From Methanoregula sp. (lineage in GTDB: Archaea; Halobacteriota; Methanomicrobia; Methanomicrobiales; Methanospirillaceae), in contig JAPKXY010000024.1 in assembly GCA_026394605.1 (NCBI GenBank), positions 6,729 through 70,728 on the forward strand: DNA of 64,000 nucleotides. Direction: 5' to 3'. This document shows positions 1 to 9,358 of the stretch, piece after piece. The notes below the pieces were generated by a model, which was not told the origin of the DNA, ran no database searches, and worked only from the letters and a program-made list of their open reading frames with translations. The position numbers and the translations under genes were made by a program. Within the stretch, counting starts at the first letter, position 1, and each line of letters opens with the position of its first letter.

Positions 1-1
1 C

Positions 2-223
2 GTGGTGATGATTGCCAGCGTGGCGCTGCTCATCATCGGCATGGTGGCAACCATTGTTAACCGCGATCCGTTTGACAAGCTCATCTCGCTCTCGGTGCTC
101 ATTGCCGGTGTATTCCCGTTCATTATCGACCGCGGGTACCTTGATGTCGCCACCGCAACTGCCCTGATCGCACCGCTCTCGACGATCTTCACGCTCATGG
201 TCTGCCGGAGGGAGCGGGCATGA
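2..223 (+). CDS. Eha-type energy-converting hydrogenase, small integral-membrane subunit (start at or just before window edge)
   Basis: 73-aa hydrophobic ORF. Its stop overlaps the next start as ATGA at 220-223. It is the first of a chain of coupled membrane ORFs leading to NuoH/NuoB/NuoD-like hydrogenase genes. Confidence 0.55.
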   Translation: MVMIASVALLIIGMVATIVNRDPFDKLISLSVLIAGVFPFIIDRGYLDVATATALIAPLSTIFTLMVCRRERA

Positions 224-462
224 TCGTTACCCCCGAGTTCGTTGCCGGCATGATCCTGTTGATTGGTGGCACGGTCGTTACCGCATTCCCGCGCCCGAAA
301 AATTACGTAACCCAGCTGATCAACCTTGAGATCCCGGGGTGGGGCCTTTTGCTCGTGATGCTCCACTACAACGAGTCGCTTGCGCTCTTCACGTTCGCAG
401 CAGTCTCGGTGCTCTCCACGTACATCTTCGTCCGCATCATCCAGAAGAAGGAGGGCGCATGA
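220..462 (+). CDS. Eha-type hydrogenase small integral-membrane subunit
   Basis: 80-aa hydrophobic ORF with ATGA overlaps at both ends (220-223 and 459-462). Confidence 0.55.
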   Translation: MIVTPEFVAGMILLIGGTVVTAFPRPKNYVTQLINLEIPGWGLLLVMLHYNESLALFTFAAVSVLSTYIFVRIIQKKEGA

Positions 463-905
463 TCATCCGCAGGATCTCGCACTACCTGTGCAATTACGAA
501 AACATCGTGCCCCTCTTCGCCGGTGCCTGCGCCCTTCTCTTTGTTGCCGCAATCCTGCTTTTGCCGATCACCTACCATGAGCACCCATTGTATCCCAAAA
601 CGATTGACCGGAACAGCACGCTCGACCCGTACGACCGTGGCGGCCCGCCGTTTTCGCAGGTTGTGATCGGGGTGCAGTATCCTGAAAATTCACCGACGGC
701 CGGGCTCGTCACAACCTACCTCACGCCGTTCTCGCTGTTCCTTGCCGACAGAACGCAGCATCTCGGCACCACGATTGTGGCGCACCCCGGCGGCATCATC
801 GATGAGATCCTGTACAACACCCGGGGGCTTGATACGGTCGTTGAACCAACAATCCTGTTAATCGCGTTTGCGATCGCCTCGTTCCTGTACCGGAAGGTAA
901 AATGA
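459..905 (+). CDS. Eha-type hydrogenase membrane-anchored subunit
   Basis: Starts at the ATG at 459 (MIIRRISHY...), in frame within track ORF 339-905. It has an N-terminal TM helix, a hydrophilic middle and a C-terminal TM helix. ATGA overlap with the next gene at 902-905. Confidence 0.55.
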   Translation: MIIRRISHYLCNYENIVPLFAGACALLFVAAILLLPITYHEHPLYPKTIDRNSTLDPYDRGGPPFSQVVIGVQYPENSPTAGLVTTYLTPFSLFLADRTQHLGTTIVAHPGGIIDEILYNTRGLDTVVEPTILLIAFAIASFLYRKVK

Positions 906-1510
906 TGTGGGGAGAATACAGCATCGGGCTGTTACTCGTGCTGGTCTCGGGTGTGATCGGGTTTGCCGCGCTCGCGATCGAGATCGATGACCTGCACCGC
1001 CTCTTGTTGCTCGACCTCGTTGAGATCTCGTCGCTGGGCATCATCGCGCTCCTGGGTACTGACCTTGCCGAGGCGCTCGTGCTCCCTGGATTGACCGTAG
1101 GGATCGCGGAACTGCTTGCTCTCTCGCAGATCTACATAACAAAAGAGCGGCTCAAGGACAAGCCGGTGAAGGGGCTGAATATTGAGGTTATCCGGAAGGC
1201 GGATGCTCCTGTTGTCATCTCAGCGTTCCTTGTCGTGTACGGGCTGATCCTGTCAGGATTCACGGGCGGGGGTGTAGCCGGCCTCGGCCTCGTCTTCTTC
1301 TTCATGTCGCGGGGATACCAGGAAGATCTCAACATGCTCGAAATGGCAAGCGGCATCTCGTGGGCGATCTGGATCTTTGCGTTCTTTGTCTTCATGTTCC
1401 TTCCACAGTACTGGTTTGTGGCACTGATGTGCGCAGCGGTTGGCATTGTGCTTAAGGTGACGGTGAAGATGTCGCTTGTTGGCACCATGTGGGGTGAGGT
1501 CCGTGAGTAG
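902..1510 (+). CDS. Eha-type hydrogenase polytopic membrane subunit
   Basis: 202-aa ORF with several hydrophobic segments, in the same coupled chain. Confidence 0.55.
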   Translation: MMWGEYSIGLLLVLVSGVIGFAALAIEIDDLHRLLLLDLVEISSLGIIALLGTDLAEALVLPGLTVGIAELLALSQIYITKERLKDKPVKGLNIEVIRKADAPVVISAFLVVYGLILSGFTGGGVAGLGLVFFFMSRGYQEDLNMLEMASGISWAIWIFAFFVFMFLPQYWFVALMCAAVGIVLKVTVKMSLVGTMWGEVRE

Positions 1511-2159
1511 CATCGGCGGGGTGCCGTTCTATATTCTCGAGTTTGGTGACGAACTGGTCTACTTCACACCCTACACCATCACGCTCTTTCTGCTCGCGCT
1601 CGTCTTCACCGTCCTTGTGATCCTCAGCCGCCCGGAGCGTCAGGTGGATATCGCGTTCGGGGGCGATGCGTACACCACCAAACAGATCTTAAAAGATGAG
1701 ATGCGGTTCCGCCGTTTCATGTCCATTGCCTGCGGGCTTGCCTCGATGGGTGCGATGGTCACCGGTGACATCTTCAACTTCACGCTCTTTACCGCGATGG
1801 TGGGGATCACCAACGTGGGCATTGTGGCGGCAGTTAAAAGCCCGCATGTCCAGAACGCCGCCTACCAGTACGGTCTTGTTGCGCTTTCCGCAACCGTCCC
1901 GCTCTTTGGCGCGGCGGCGGTGTATGCCGCATCGACGGGCTCACTTTCCATGATCGAACTTGCCAGAGGAACCCTGCCCGCGGTTCCGATCATCGCAAAA
2001 GCGCTGCTGGTGATCGGGGTTGTCGGTGAAGGGATGGCCCCGTTCTACGCGGCAAAGGCGGAGATGTTCCGCGCTCCCGGGGCACCGTACGTGATCATGT
2101 GCTCGCTCTCATCGCTGCTGATCTTTCTGCGGGTGGTTGAGGTGGTGATGCTCGGGTGA
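1503..2159 (+). CDS. Eha-type hydrogenase polytopic membrane subunit (possibly the antiporter-like EhaH-type subunit)
   Basis: GTG at 1503 is in frame with track ORF 1476-2159 and overlaps the upstream stop by 8 nt. The product is hydrophobic with Gly/Ala-rich helices. Confidence 0.5.
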   Translation: MSSIGGVPFYILEFGDELVYFTPYTITLFLLALVFTVLVILSRPERQVDIAFGGDAYTTKQILKDEMRFRRFMSIACGLASMGAMVTGDIFNFTLFTAMVGITNVGIVAAVKSPHVQNAAYQYGLVALSATVPLFGAAAVYAASTGSLSMIELARGTLPAVPIIAKALLVIGVVGEGMAPFYAAKAEMFRAPGAPYVIMCSLSSLLIFLRVVEVVMLG

Positions 2160-2368
2160 GCGGCAGCATGAAGCGCAGTGCAGGAAAGCTTCTGGCAGTT
2201 GGTGGAATCTCATGCGGCACCGCGTTTGCCCTTCACTGGGCCGGCTGGATCCCGCTCTGGGTATTTGCTGCCGTCGTCGTGCTTGCGTTCCCGCCAACGG
2301 TGCTTGCCCTGTTCCTGTGGTGGATGGCAGGCGAAGGAAAGGAGGATATCCCGTTCATCGGGTACTGA
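2156..2368 (+). CDS. Eha-type hydrogenase small membrane subunit
   Basis: 70-aa ORF with two hydrophobic helices. GTGA overlap with the upstream stop at 2156-2159; an alternative ATG lies at 2168. Confidence 0.5.
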   Translation: MSGSMKRSAGKLLAVGGISCGTAFALHWAGWIPLWVFAAVVVLAFPPTVLALFLWWMAGEGKEDIPFIGY

Positions 2369-2369
2369 T

Positions 2370-3218
2370 ATGATCGCAGAACTTGTGCTTGCCACGCTAT
2401 TCGGGCTCCTGCTGCTGGGGATCCACCGCAAGGTGATCGCCCGCATCCAGCGGCGCCCCGGGCCTCCGGTATGGCAGGAGATCCTGCATGCGGCAAAGTT
2501 CTCGTTCAAGACCACATGGGTTCCGGCAACTGCGAGCAGAGCGCTCTTTATTGGTATCGTGCTGGTTGCGATTGGCATCTGGACTGCCGCGTTCTTTGTG
2601 ATGATGACCGGCGGCAGCCTTCTTGTTATCTTTGGCATCTACATGCTGCACAAGATTGTCGAGCATGCGTTCGGGCTCTCATCAGGTTCGCCCTATGGCA
2701 AGTTTGGCGGGGTACGATCGGTCATCTCCGCGGCGTCGGAGATCCCGCTCTTTGTCTCGGTTGCCGCAATCGCTCTCTTCACCCGGTCTCTTACGCTCTC
2801 AGATATTATCGCATGGCAACAGGTGCACGGGCCTCTGCTTATTATTGCGTTTCCCGCGGCGATTGCGATGTACCTTGTCCTGCTCTCGAAGATGCCGTTC
2901 GGGCCATTCTCCATTGTCGAAGCCAAGGAACTTGTGAGCGGGTACAAGACGGAGCATTTCGGTGTCTGGCGGGCAGGCCTTGAGGTCTGCAACGGGCTCA
3001 AGACCACTGTCCTCCTTGCCACATTCCTGCTTCTCTTTGTCGGGCAGCTTCCCATCTGGTGGATGGTGATCGGCATGGTTATCATCACGGTATCGCTCTC
3101 GTTTACCTGTGCGATCACCCCCATGCTTTCACCCTTTGATTCGGTCACGATCCAGTCGCTTTTCACCGGTCTCATGCTGGTCTATGCCGGTATTGTTTTC
3201 CTTGGGGTGGCAGCATGA
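2370..3218 (+). CDS. Energy-converting hydrogenase membrane subunit, NuoH/HycD/EchB family (EhaJ-like)
   Basis: Internal ATG at 2370 (MIAELVLATLFG...) lies 1 nt after the upstream stop. It has the N-terminal RIQRRPGPP motif typical of the NuoH family and is polytopic. The longer start at 2178 in the track is rejected. Confidence 0.8.
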   Translation: MIAELVLATLFGLLLLGIHRKVIARIQRRPGPPVWQEILHAAKFSFKTTWVPATASRALFIGIVLVAIGIWTAAFFVMMTGGSLLVIFGIYMLHKIVEHAFGLSSGSPYGKFGGVRSVISAASEIPLFVSVAAIALFTRSLTLSDIIAWQQVHGPLLIIAFPAAIAMYLVLLSKMPFGPFSIVEAKELVSGYKTEHFGVWRAGLEVCNGLKTTVLLATFLLLFVGQLPIWWMVIGMVIITVSLSFTCAITPMLSPFDSVTIQSLFTGLMLVYAGIVFLGVAA

Positions 3219-3457
3219 TCCGCGAGTGCATCCTTGCCGGCGGGGTGATCTATGTCATCATTGCCATCATCCAGGTTATCCAGCGCCCGGCACTGGCATT
3301 CGAGGGAATCGCTGTCACCATCGGACTTGCACTTGCGACTGCGTTTTACCTGACCCGCCACGAGCACGAGCTTCACACCTGGGAGGCGGTTGCATTCTGG
3401 GCGTCCGTCCTGCTCTTTGCCGCGTACGGAATCCTGAAATTCCGGAGTGTCGTATGA
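3215..3457 (+). CDS. Eha-type hydrogenase small membrane subunit
   Basis: 80-aa ORF with three hydrophobic helices and ATGA overlaps at both ends. Confidence 0.5.
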   Translation: MIRECILAGGVIYVIIAIIQVIQRPALAFEGIAVTIGLALATAFYLTRHEHELHTWEAVAFWASVLLFAAYGILKFRSVV

Positions 3458-3843
3458 GCCGGTGGATCTATGAACAGGACCTCGTCTCCCAGAAATACCG
3501 GATCCTGATTGCGATGCGCCACGATCGCATCATCCGGCAGATTGCCGCTGACCTTGGCATCGGGCTGCAGGACCTGCGCAAGTACTTCATCGAGCACCTT
3601 GACATGATCCTCTTAGAGAACCTGCCGGCACGGTATGAAGCAGCACTCGCTGCAGCGGATCACGGGGATCCGGTAGCCCGGGCTGTCGGGCGCGCGTTAT
3701 ACACCACGTATATCCCCATTGTACCCCCGTATGTCATGGACAGCATTTACAGGCATGTCGATGCACAGGTGAAATCCGGTACGCCTCTCATTGAAGCGGC
3801 TGCAAAGGGACGGGCGATGATCCGGGAGGCGATGGAACCATGA
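3454..3843 (+). CDS. Eha-type hydrogenase hydrophilic subunit (EhaM/DUF1959-like)
   Basis: ATG at 3454, in frame within track ORF 3109-3843. The 129-aa product is soluble and sits immediately upstream of the hydrogenase small subunit, with ATGA overlaps at both ends. Confidence 0.5.
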   Translation: MSRWIYEQDLVSQKYRILIAMRHDRIIRQIAADLGIGLQDLRKYFIEHLDMILLENLPARYEAALAAADHGDPVARAVGRALYTTYIPIVPPYVMDSIYRHVDAQVKSGTPLIEAAAKGRAMIREAMEP

Positions 3844-4295
3844 GCATCCTTCAGGCCATCAAAAACAAAGTGCGATCGCGCTCCATCCATGTCAGCTATG
3901 TGGATGTCGGCTCCTGCAACGGGTGCGATATCGAGGTGCTCGCCTGCCTTGCGCCCCGCTACGATATCGAGCAGTACGGCATCTTTGTCCACAACAACCC
4001 GCGGGAGGCAGACGTGCTGATCGTGATCGGGGCGTACACGCACGGCTGGGAGGAGAAGCTTGCACCGCTCTGGGAGAAAATACCGGACCCGAAGGCGGCG
4101 ATTGCGATTGGCAACTGCCCGATCTCCGGCTGCTGTTTTGACCGCCGGGGTTCGTATGTCGACCCCCCGGTCAGTAAACACATCCCGATTGCCGCAGAGG
4201 TGCCCGGCTGCCCGCCGCGCCCGACCGAAATCCTCAACGCGATCCTTTCCGTCCGGGATTTGGTCTTTGCCGACTGGGAGGTGAAGCGGCGATGA
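3840..4295 (+). CDS. ehaN: [NiFe] hydrogenase small subunit, NuoB-like (group 4 energy-converting type)
   Basis: 151-aa product with cysteine motifs GSCNGCDIE and GNCPISGC, typical of the single proximal 4Fe-4S cluster of NuoB-like subunits. Confidence 0.85.
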   Translation: MSILQAIKNKVRSRSIHVSYVDVGSCNGCDIEVLACLAPRYDIEQYGIFVHNNPREADVLIVIGAYTHGWEEKLAPLWEKIPDPKAAIAIGNCPISGCCFDRRGSYVDPPVSKHIPIAAEVPGCPPRPTEILNAILSVRDLVFADWEVKRR

Positions 4296-5377
4296 AGCGC
4301 ACGGTGGACGTGAACATCCCTCTTGGCCCGGTCCATCCCTGCTTCAAGGAACCGGCACGGGTGAAGTGCGAGACAAAAGGGGAACGCGTGATCGCGGCAG
4401 AGGTCGAGCTCGGCTACATGAAGAAAGGGATCGAGCGGATCATGAAAGGACGGCCGTGGCAGGAAGTGATGTTCCTTGCCGAACGTGTCTGCGGCATCTG
4501 CTCGGTGATCCATAACATGGTGTTCATTGAGGCAATGGAGCAGATTAGCGGGATTGCCGTACCGCCCCGGGCTGCGTACCTCCGCGTCATCGTAAATGAG
4601 CTCGACCGGATGCAGAGTCACCTGCTCGCCAACTTCTCGTACTGCTACACCATCGAGCATGAGACTCTTGCCATGTACCTGCTCGACTGCCGGGAGCAGG
4701 TTATGGACGCGCTCGAGCGGCTGACCGGTGCCCGTGTCACCTGCGCCTATATGATACCTGGCGGGGTGCGGTGTGATATTCATGCAGAGGATCAGGTAGT
4801 TCTGCGCGAATCCCTGGACCGGATTGAAAAAGAACTACACCGGTATGCCAGCATGTTCGGGAACGGTCCGATGATTGCATTGCGCAGCCGTGGGGTGGGC
4901 ATCCTGACGCCGGTTGCGGCACGCGAGGCGCACGTCGTTGGGCCCACCGCGCGGGCGAGCGGGATCGCAGAGGACAGGCGTATACAGCACCCGACCTACA
5001 AACAACTCGGGTTCACGCCGGTTGTGCGTTACGACTGCGACAACTACGCCCGGATCATGGTGCGGTTTGATGAACTCTTCCAGAGCATCCGGCTGATCCG
5101 GGCATGCCTTGACGGTCTCCCGAAAGGTATCATCCGCGGCGGCGGTATCTGTAAGGCAGGCGAGATCCGGTACAGCGGTGAAGCGCCGCGGGGTGAGCTC
5201 ACGTACAGCATTAAAACCGACGAGGTTGGCAGGGTCGTTGAGATCCAGATCCAGACCCCGTCAATTATGAATATCGAAGCATGCTGCCATTCAATGATTA
5301 TCGGTGCAGATTCCATAGCTGACGTCACCGCGACGTTTGTTTCGGCAGACCCCTGCATTGCATGCACGGAGCGCTAA
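4292..5377 (+). CDS. ehaO: [NiFe] hydrogenase large subunit, NuoD-like (group 4 energy-converting type)
   Basis: 361-aa product with the N-terminal Ni-binding motif RVCGICS and the C-terminal motif DPCIACTER at the very end of the protein. Confidence 0.9.
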   Translation: MKRTVDVNIPLGPVHPCFKEPARVKCETKGERVIAAEVELGYMKKGIERIMKGRPWQEVMFLAERVCGICSVIHNMVFIEAMEQISGIAVPPRAAYLRVIVNELDRMQSHLLANFSYCYTIEHETLAMYLLDCREQVMDALERLTGARVTCAYMIPGGVRCDIHAEDQVVLRESLDRIEKELHRYASMFGNGPMIALRSRGVGILTPVAAREAHVVGPTARASGIAEDRRIQHPTYKQLGFTPVVRYDCDNYARIMVRFDELFQSIRLIRACLDGLPKGIIRGGGICKAGEIRYSGEAPRGELTYSIKTDEVGRVVEIQIQTPSIMNIEACCHSMIIGADSIADVTATFVSADPCIACTER

Positions 5378-5378
5378 C

Positions 5379-5996
5379 ATGACTGCATCCCTGTACTGGT
5401 ATCTGCGGGAGTTTGCCCGGATTGAATGGGTCAGGAAATTTTTCTTTGCACGGACAGCACCGCTGGTAACTCCGGCACATTTCCGGGGATTCCCGGAGCC
5501 GACCGGCAAAGCCTGCCAGCACGCGCTCTTCTGCATGATGGTCTGCCCTGCGGTGGGTGCAATTGATGTCGTGCATGAAGGCGACGGTTGGAAACCGCGT
5601 ATCCACAAGGGGCACTGCATCCGGTGCGGGCTCTGTGTTGAAGCATGCCCGAATGGCGTCCTTATGAGCGGACGTGTGCTGGAGACCATGCAGGCGCAGG
5701 GCACCGCGCTGCTCGTCTCGTTCCGCATCTCAATCGACCGCGATCTCTGCACGGGGTGCGGGAACTGCGTGACCGCGTGCCCGGTCAACAAGCAGATCGA
5801 TGCCCAGCTCGGGGCGGGCGGGCACTCTTCCAACGACGAGGTGATCATGCGGGTGGATGACGGTGATGTGCAGGTTCTCCATGAGGAGAAGTGCACAGGC
5901 TGCAAGATCTGCGAGACCAGCTGCCCGACTCAGGCGATCCAGATCGCCCGGATTCTCGAAGGGATCCAGCAGCCTGTTGAGGGGGGAGGTCCATGA
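5379..5996 (+). CDS. Polyferredoxin (multi-cluster 4Fe-4S protein; EhaP-like or Fwd-associated)
   Basis: ATG at 5379 (MTASLYWY...). It has three canonical CxxCxxCxxxCP motifs (CIRCGLCVEACP, CTGCGNCVTACP, CTGCKICETSCP) and one degenerate motif (CQHALFCMMVCP). Its stop overlaps the fwdD start. Confidence 0.85.
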   Translation: MTASLYWYLREFARIEWVRKFFFARTAPLVTPAHFRGFPEPTGKACQHALFCMMVCPAVGAIDVVHEGDGWKPRIHKGHCIRCGLCVEACPNGVLMSGRVLETMQAQGTALLVSFRISIDRDLCTGCGNCVTACPVNKQIDAQLGAGGHSSNDEVIMRVDDGDVQVLHEEKCTGCKICETSCPTQAIQIARILEGIQQPVEGGGP

Positions 5997-6382
5997 GGGC
6001 GGTTTTAAACACCGGGCGCAACATATCACAGGGCATCGCGGTTGAGCATAAGGGATCTCCTGCATACCAGGCTGCCGTCTCGGTCTGTCATATGAACCCG
6101 GTCGACCTGATGGAACTGGGTATTGACGAAGGGGAGCATGTGACCCTGACGTCACGGGCAGGAAGCGTTGTCCTGACAACACGAGCGGCAGAGAGTATGA
6201 ACCGCGGAGAGGTCTTTGTGCCGCTGGGCCCGTACGCAAACCACATCATCTCTGCAGAGACCCATGCGACCGGCATGCCGGATTTCAAGGCTGAGCCAGT
6301 GGACGTGGTGCCAACGGATGAGTCGGTCAGGACAGTTTGGGAACTGATGGAGAGCATCGGGGGGGTGCGGTATGATCATTAA
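5993..6382 (+). CDS. fwdD: Formylmethanofuran dehydrogenase subunit D
   Basis: 129-aa product with a molybdopterin-dinucleotide-binding-type beta-barrel sequence (LNTGRNISQG...VFVPLGPYAN), located upstream of fwdB. Confidence 0.85.
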   Translation: MRAVLNTGRNISQGIAVEHKGSPAYQAAVSVCHMNPVDLMELGIDEGEHVTLTSRAGSVVLTTRAAESMNRGEVFVPLGPYANHIISAETHATGMPDFKAEPVDVVPTDESVRTVWELMESIGGVRYDH

Positions 6383-7661
6383 GGACGTGGTCTGCCCGTT
6401 CTGCGGGTGCCTCTGCGATGACCTCGATGTTGAGGTGGACGGGCAGAAGATCATAAAGGTGCAGAACGGCTGTACCCTTGCCGAAGCGACGCTGACCGGC
6501 AACAACCGGCTACCGGCTCCTATCAGGAGAACTGCCAACGGATGGGAGGAGATTTCGTATGACGATGCAATCAGGGAGACAGCAGACATTCTTTGTGCTG
6601 CAGACCGCCCCCTGCTCTATGGGTGGAGTAGCACCCATGGCGAGGCGCAGAGCATTGGCGTCCACATTGCGGAGCTGATCGGGGCTGTTATTGACAACAC
6701 GAGCGTGGTCTGCCATGGTCCCTCCATCCTTGCGATCCAGGAAGTGGGACACCCCGGCTGCACGCTCGGGCAGGTGAAGAACCGGGCAGATGTGATTGTC
6801 TACTGGGGGTGCAATCCGACGGAGGCACACCCAAGGCACATGAGCCGGTACACGACCTTTGCCACCGGCTTCTTTGTACCTGAAGCACAGAAAGACCGTA
6901 CCGTGATTGTGGTTGACACACGAAGAACCGAGAGTGCGGAGATTGCTGACGAATTCATCAGGATTGAGCGGGGCGGGGATTACGAAGTGCTCTCTGCCCT
7001 CCGCGCCATTGTCCGGGGCAAAGGAAGTATCCTTCCACGGGAAATTGCCGGCGTCGCCCGCGAACAGCTCTTCCGGGTCGCGGAGATCTGCATGAAAGCA
7101 AAATTCGGGGCGATCTTCTTTGGTCTCGGCCTGACCATGAGCAACGGCAAATACAAAAATGTCCGGAACGCAATCGAGCTGACCGATGAGCTGAACCGGC
7201 ACACAAAGTTCACCATCTCGCCCCTCAGAGGACACGGGAATGTCTACGGGAGCAACGAAGTTTTCACCTGGATCACCGGTTATCCCTACGCGGTCGATTT
7301 TGCCCGGGGAATCGCCTTCTACAACCCGGGCGAGACTACGGCGGTGGACATCCTCCGGTGGGGGGAATGCGATGCGGCACTGATCGTGGCAAGTGACCCC
7401 GGCGCCCATTTCCCTCATGCCGCCGCTGCCCATCTGGCAAAAATCCCCACCATCCTGATTGACCCGCACCGGACTGCAACGACACCACTCTGCCGGCTCC
7501 AGATCCCCTGCACGATGGCGGGAATTGATGCCGAAGGAACTGCCTACCGGATGGACGGAGTGCCGATCCGGTATAAAAAACTCATCGAGTCATTATATCC
7601 TGATGATGCGGATCTCCTGCGGCGTATCCATGACCGCATCAGGGAGGTTCAGGGGGCATGA
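6372..7661 (+). CDS. fwdB: Formylmethanofuran dehydrogenase subunit B (W/Mo-pterin subunit, Cys type)
   Basis: 429-aa product with the N-terminal VCPFCGCLCDDL 4Fe-4S motif. A candidate metal-ligand Cys lies in NTSVVCHGPS. There is no in-frame TGA. Confidence 0.9.
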   Translation: MIIKDVVCPFCGCLCDDLDVEVDGQKIIKVQNGCTLAEATLTGNNRLPAPIRRTANGWEEISYDDAIRETADILCAADRPLLYGWSSTHGEAQSIGVHIAELIGAVIDNTSVVCHGPSILAIQEVGHPGCTLGQVKNRADVIVYWGCNPTEAHPRHMSRYTTFATGFFVPEAQKDRTVIVVDTRRTESAEIADEFIRIERGGDYEVLSALRAIVRGKGSILPREIAGVAREQLFRVAEICMKAKFGAIFFGLGLTMSNGKYKNVRNAIELTDELNRHTKFTISPLRGHGNVYGSNEVFTWITGYPYAVDFARGIAFYNPGETTAVDILRWGECDAALIVASDPGAHFPHAAAAHLAKIPTILIDPHRTATTPLCRLQIPCTMAGIDAEGTAYRMDGVPIRYKKLIESLYPDDADLLRRIHDRIREVQGA

Positions 7662-9358
7662 CCGAACTGCTGGTGAAAAATGCCTGCGTGATCGATCCGC
7701 TCAACAGGATCTTAATGGAGGTCATGGATATCCCCGTCAGGGACGGAAGGATTGTCGAATCCGTATCTGCGGGCGCAGATATTATTGATGCAAAAGGGTG
7801 CCTCACACTTCCCGGGGGGATAGATTCCCATTCGCATGTCTGCGGCACCAAGGTGAACTTCGGGCGGTATATGAGCCCGGAGGATATGCGGGCGGGCAGG
7901 ACTGCGCGCCGCGGGAAGATGCATGTCACATCAGGGTACTATGTCCCCACTACGTATGGGAATAGCTACCGGTACAGCGCAATGGGGTACACAACGGTGC
8001 TTGAAGGAGCGATGGCCCCGCTGGAAGCACGGCACACGCACGAGGAGTTCACAGCAACCCCTCACCAGGACATGCTGGCAAATACGCTCTTTGACGGCAA
8101 CTGGGCGATCATGGAGGCAGTGAGGGCAAAGGATGTAAAAAAAGCGGCGGCGATCGTGGCATGGACACTCTCCGCGGTCAAGGGGTATTCTATCAAGCTC
8201 ACCAACCCCGGGGGAACCGAGGCATGGGGCTGGGGCGAGGACGTGTCATCCATCCATGACGCGGTGCCCAACTTCAACGTGACCCCTGCCGAGATCATCA
8301 CCACGATGATTGAGGCAAACGAGCTGCTGCACCTCCCCCATTCCGTCCACCTCCATTGCAACAATTTAGGAAAACCGGGCAATTACCGGACCACGCTTGA
8401 GACCTTTGACCTCGTGCCTGACACAAACAACGGGCGCCAGACCCTGTATGCCACCCATGTCCAGTTCCATGCCTATGGCGGCACCACGTGGCGGGACATC
8501 AGCTCGAAAGCCGAAGAGATCGCACGGGCGGTCAACGCAAAACCGCAGATTGTCATGGACATGGGCCAGATCATGTTCGGGCGGACGATGACGATGACCG
8601 CGGACGGCCCGATGGAGTTCAACCTCTACTGCCTGCACCACAACAAGTGGTCAAACCATGATGTTGAACTCGAGACCGGCTCCGGCATCATCCCTGTGCT
8701 CTATTCAAAAAAGAGCCTCGTGAACTGCGTGATGTGGGCGATCGGGCTTGAGCTTGCCCTCCTGACAAAGAACCCGTTCCAGTGCCTGCTCGAGACTGAC
8801 AACCCGAACGGGGCACCGTTTGTCAAATACCCCGAGATCATCGGGCTTCTCATGAGCAAACGGTACCGTGATGAGGAATGCGCCACCCTCGTTGACGGCA
8901 CGGAGCAGCGGACGGCAATCTGTGCACTTGACCGCGAGATGGACTGGAACGAGATTGCGATTATGACCCGCGCAGGCCAGGCAAAGGCGCTCGGGATCGC
9001 TGCAGAGGGCAAAGGCCACTTCAGTAAAGGGGCAGAAGCAGACATTGCCATCTACCCGATCCGGTGTCGTGACGTCGATCCGGCGACCGAATACCGGAAG
9101 GTAATCGAGGCGTTCCGGAAGACGATGTACACGATCAAGCGGGGCAGGGTTGTGGCCCGGGAGGGGGATATTATTGTGGAAGGGGCGAACAGCACCTTCT
9201 GGGTGAACCCGGTGGTTCCCGACGATCTAAATGTCGCCAATGATCCGGAATTTGTGAAAAAATTCGAGGAGTACTACACGGTGCGTATGGGCAACTACCC
9301 GGTGCAGGATGTCTACCTGCCCCGGGGGAAATGCATCAGGACGAAGGCGGCACTGTGA
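7658..9358 (+). CDS. fwdA: Formylmethanofuran dehydrogenase subunit A (amidohydrolase fold)
   Basis: 566-aa product with an HSHV metal motif near the N-terminus (GGIDSHSHV), consistent in size and position with FwdA. Confidence 0.9.
   Translation: MTELLVKNACVIDPLNRILMEVMDIPVRDGRIVESVSAGADIIDAKGCLTLPGGIDSHSHVCGTKVNFGRYMSPEDMRAGRTARRGKMHVTSGYYVPTTYGNSYRYSAMGYTTVLEGAMAPLEARHTHEEFTATPHQDMLANTLFDGNWAIMEAVRAKDVKKAAAIVAWTLSAVKGYSIKLTNPGGTEAWGWGEDVSSIHDAVPNFNVTPAEIITTMIEANELLHLPHSVHLHCNNLGKPGNYRTTLETFDLVPDTNNGRQTLYATHVQFHAYGGTTWRDISSKAEEIARAVNAKPQIVMDMGQIMFGRTMTMTADGPMEFNLYCLHHNKWSNHDVELETGSGIIPVLYSKKSLVNCVMWAIGLELALLTKNPFQCLLETDNPNGAPFVKYPEIIGLLMSKRYRDEECATLVDGTEQRTAICALDREMDWNEIAIMTRAGQAKALGIAAEGKGHFSKGAEADIAIYPIRCRDVDPATEYRKVIEAFRKTMYTIKRGRVVAREGDIIVEGANSTFWVNPVVPDDLNVANDPEFVKKFEEYYTVRMGNYPVQDVYLPRGKCIRTKAAL

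Noticed and set aside
339-905. Long N-terminal extensions in track ORFs 339-905, 2178-3218, 3109-3843, 5337-5996, 42030-42914, 43006-43461 and 46048-46686.
   Set aside because: The extensions overlap upstream genes in another frame and look non-protein-like. Internal starts give ATGA-type coupling or canonical N-termini such as MCVAVP for HypC and signal peptides.
6510-7469. A 319-aa minus-strand ORF. Similar long antisense ORFs occur at 3959-4783, 9313-10290, 16353-16998, 30332-31156 and 50219-51073.
   Set aside because: All lie antisense to well-supported genes (fwdB, ehaN/O, fwdC, amidohydrolase, dapA/dapB, cfbE/cfbD). All have low-complexity Arg/Pro/Ser-rich translations.
6372-7661. Possible selenocysteine (in-frame TGA) form of the Fwd catalytic subunit.
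   Set aside because: The ORF is uninterrupted. The candidate metal-ligand position reads Cys (NTSVVCHGPS), so this is a Cys-type enzyme. W versus Mo cannot be decided from sequence alone.
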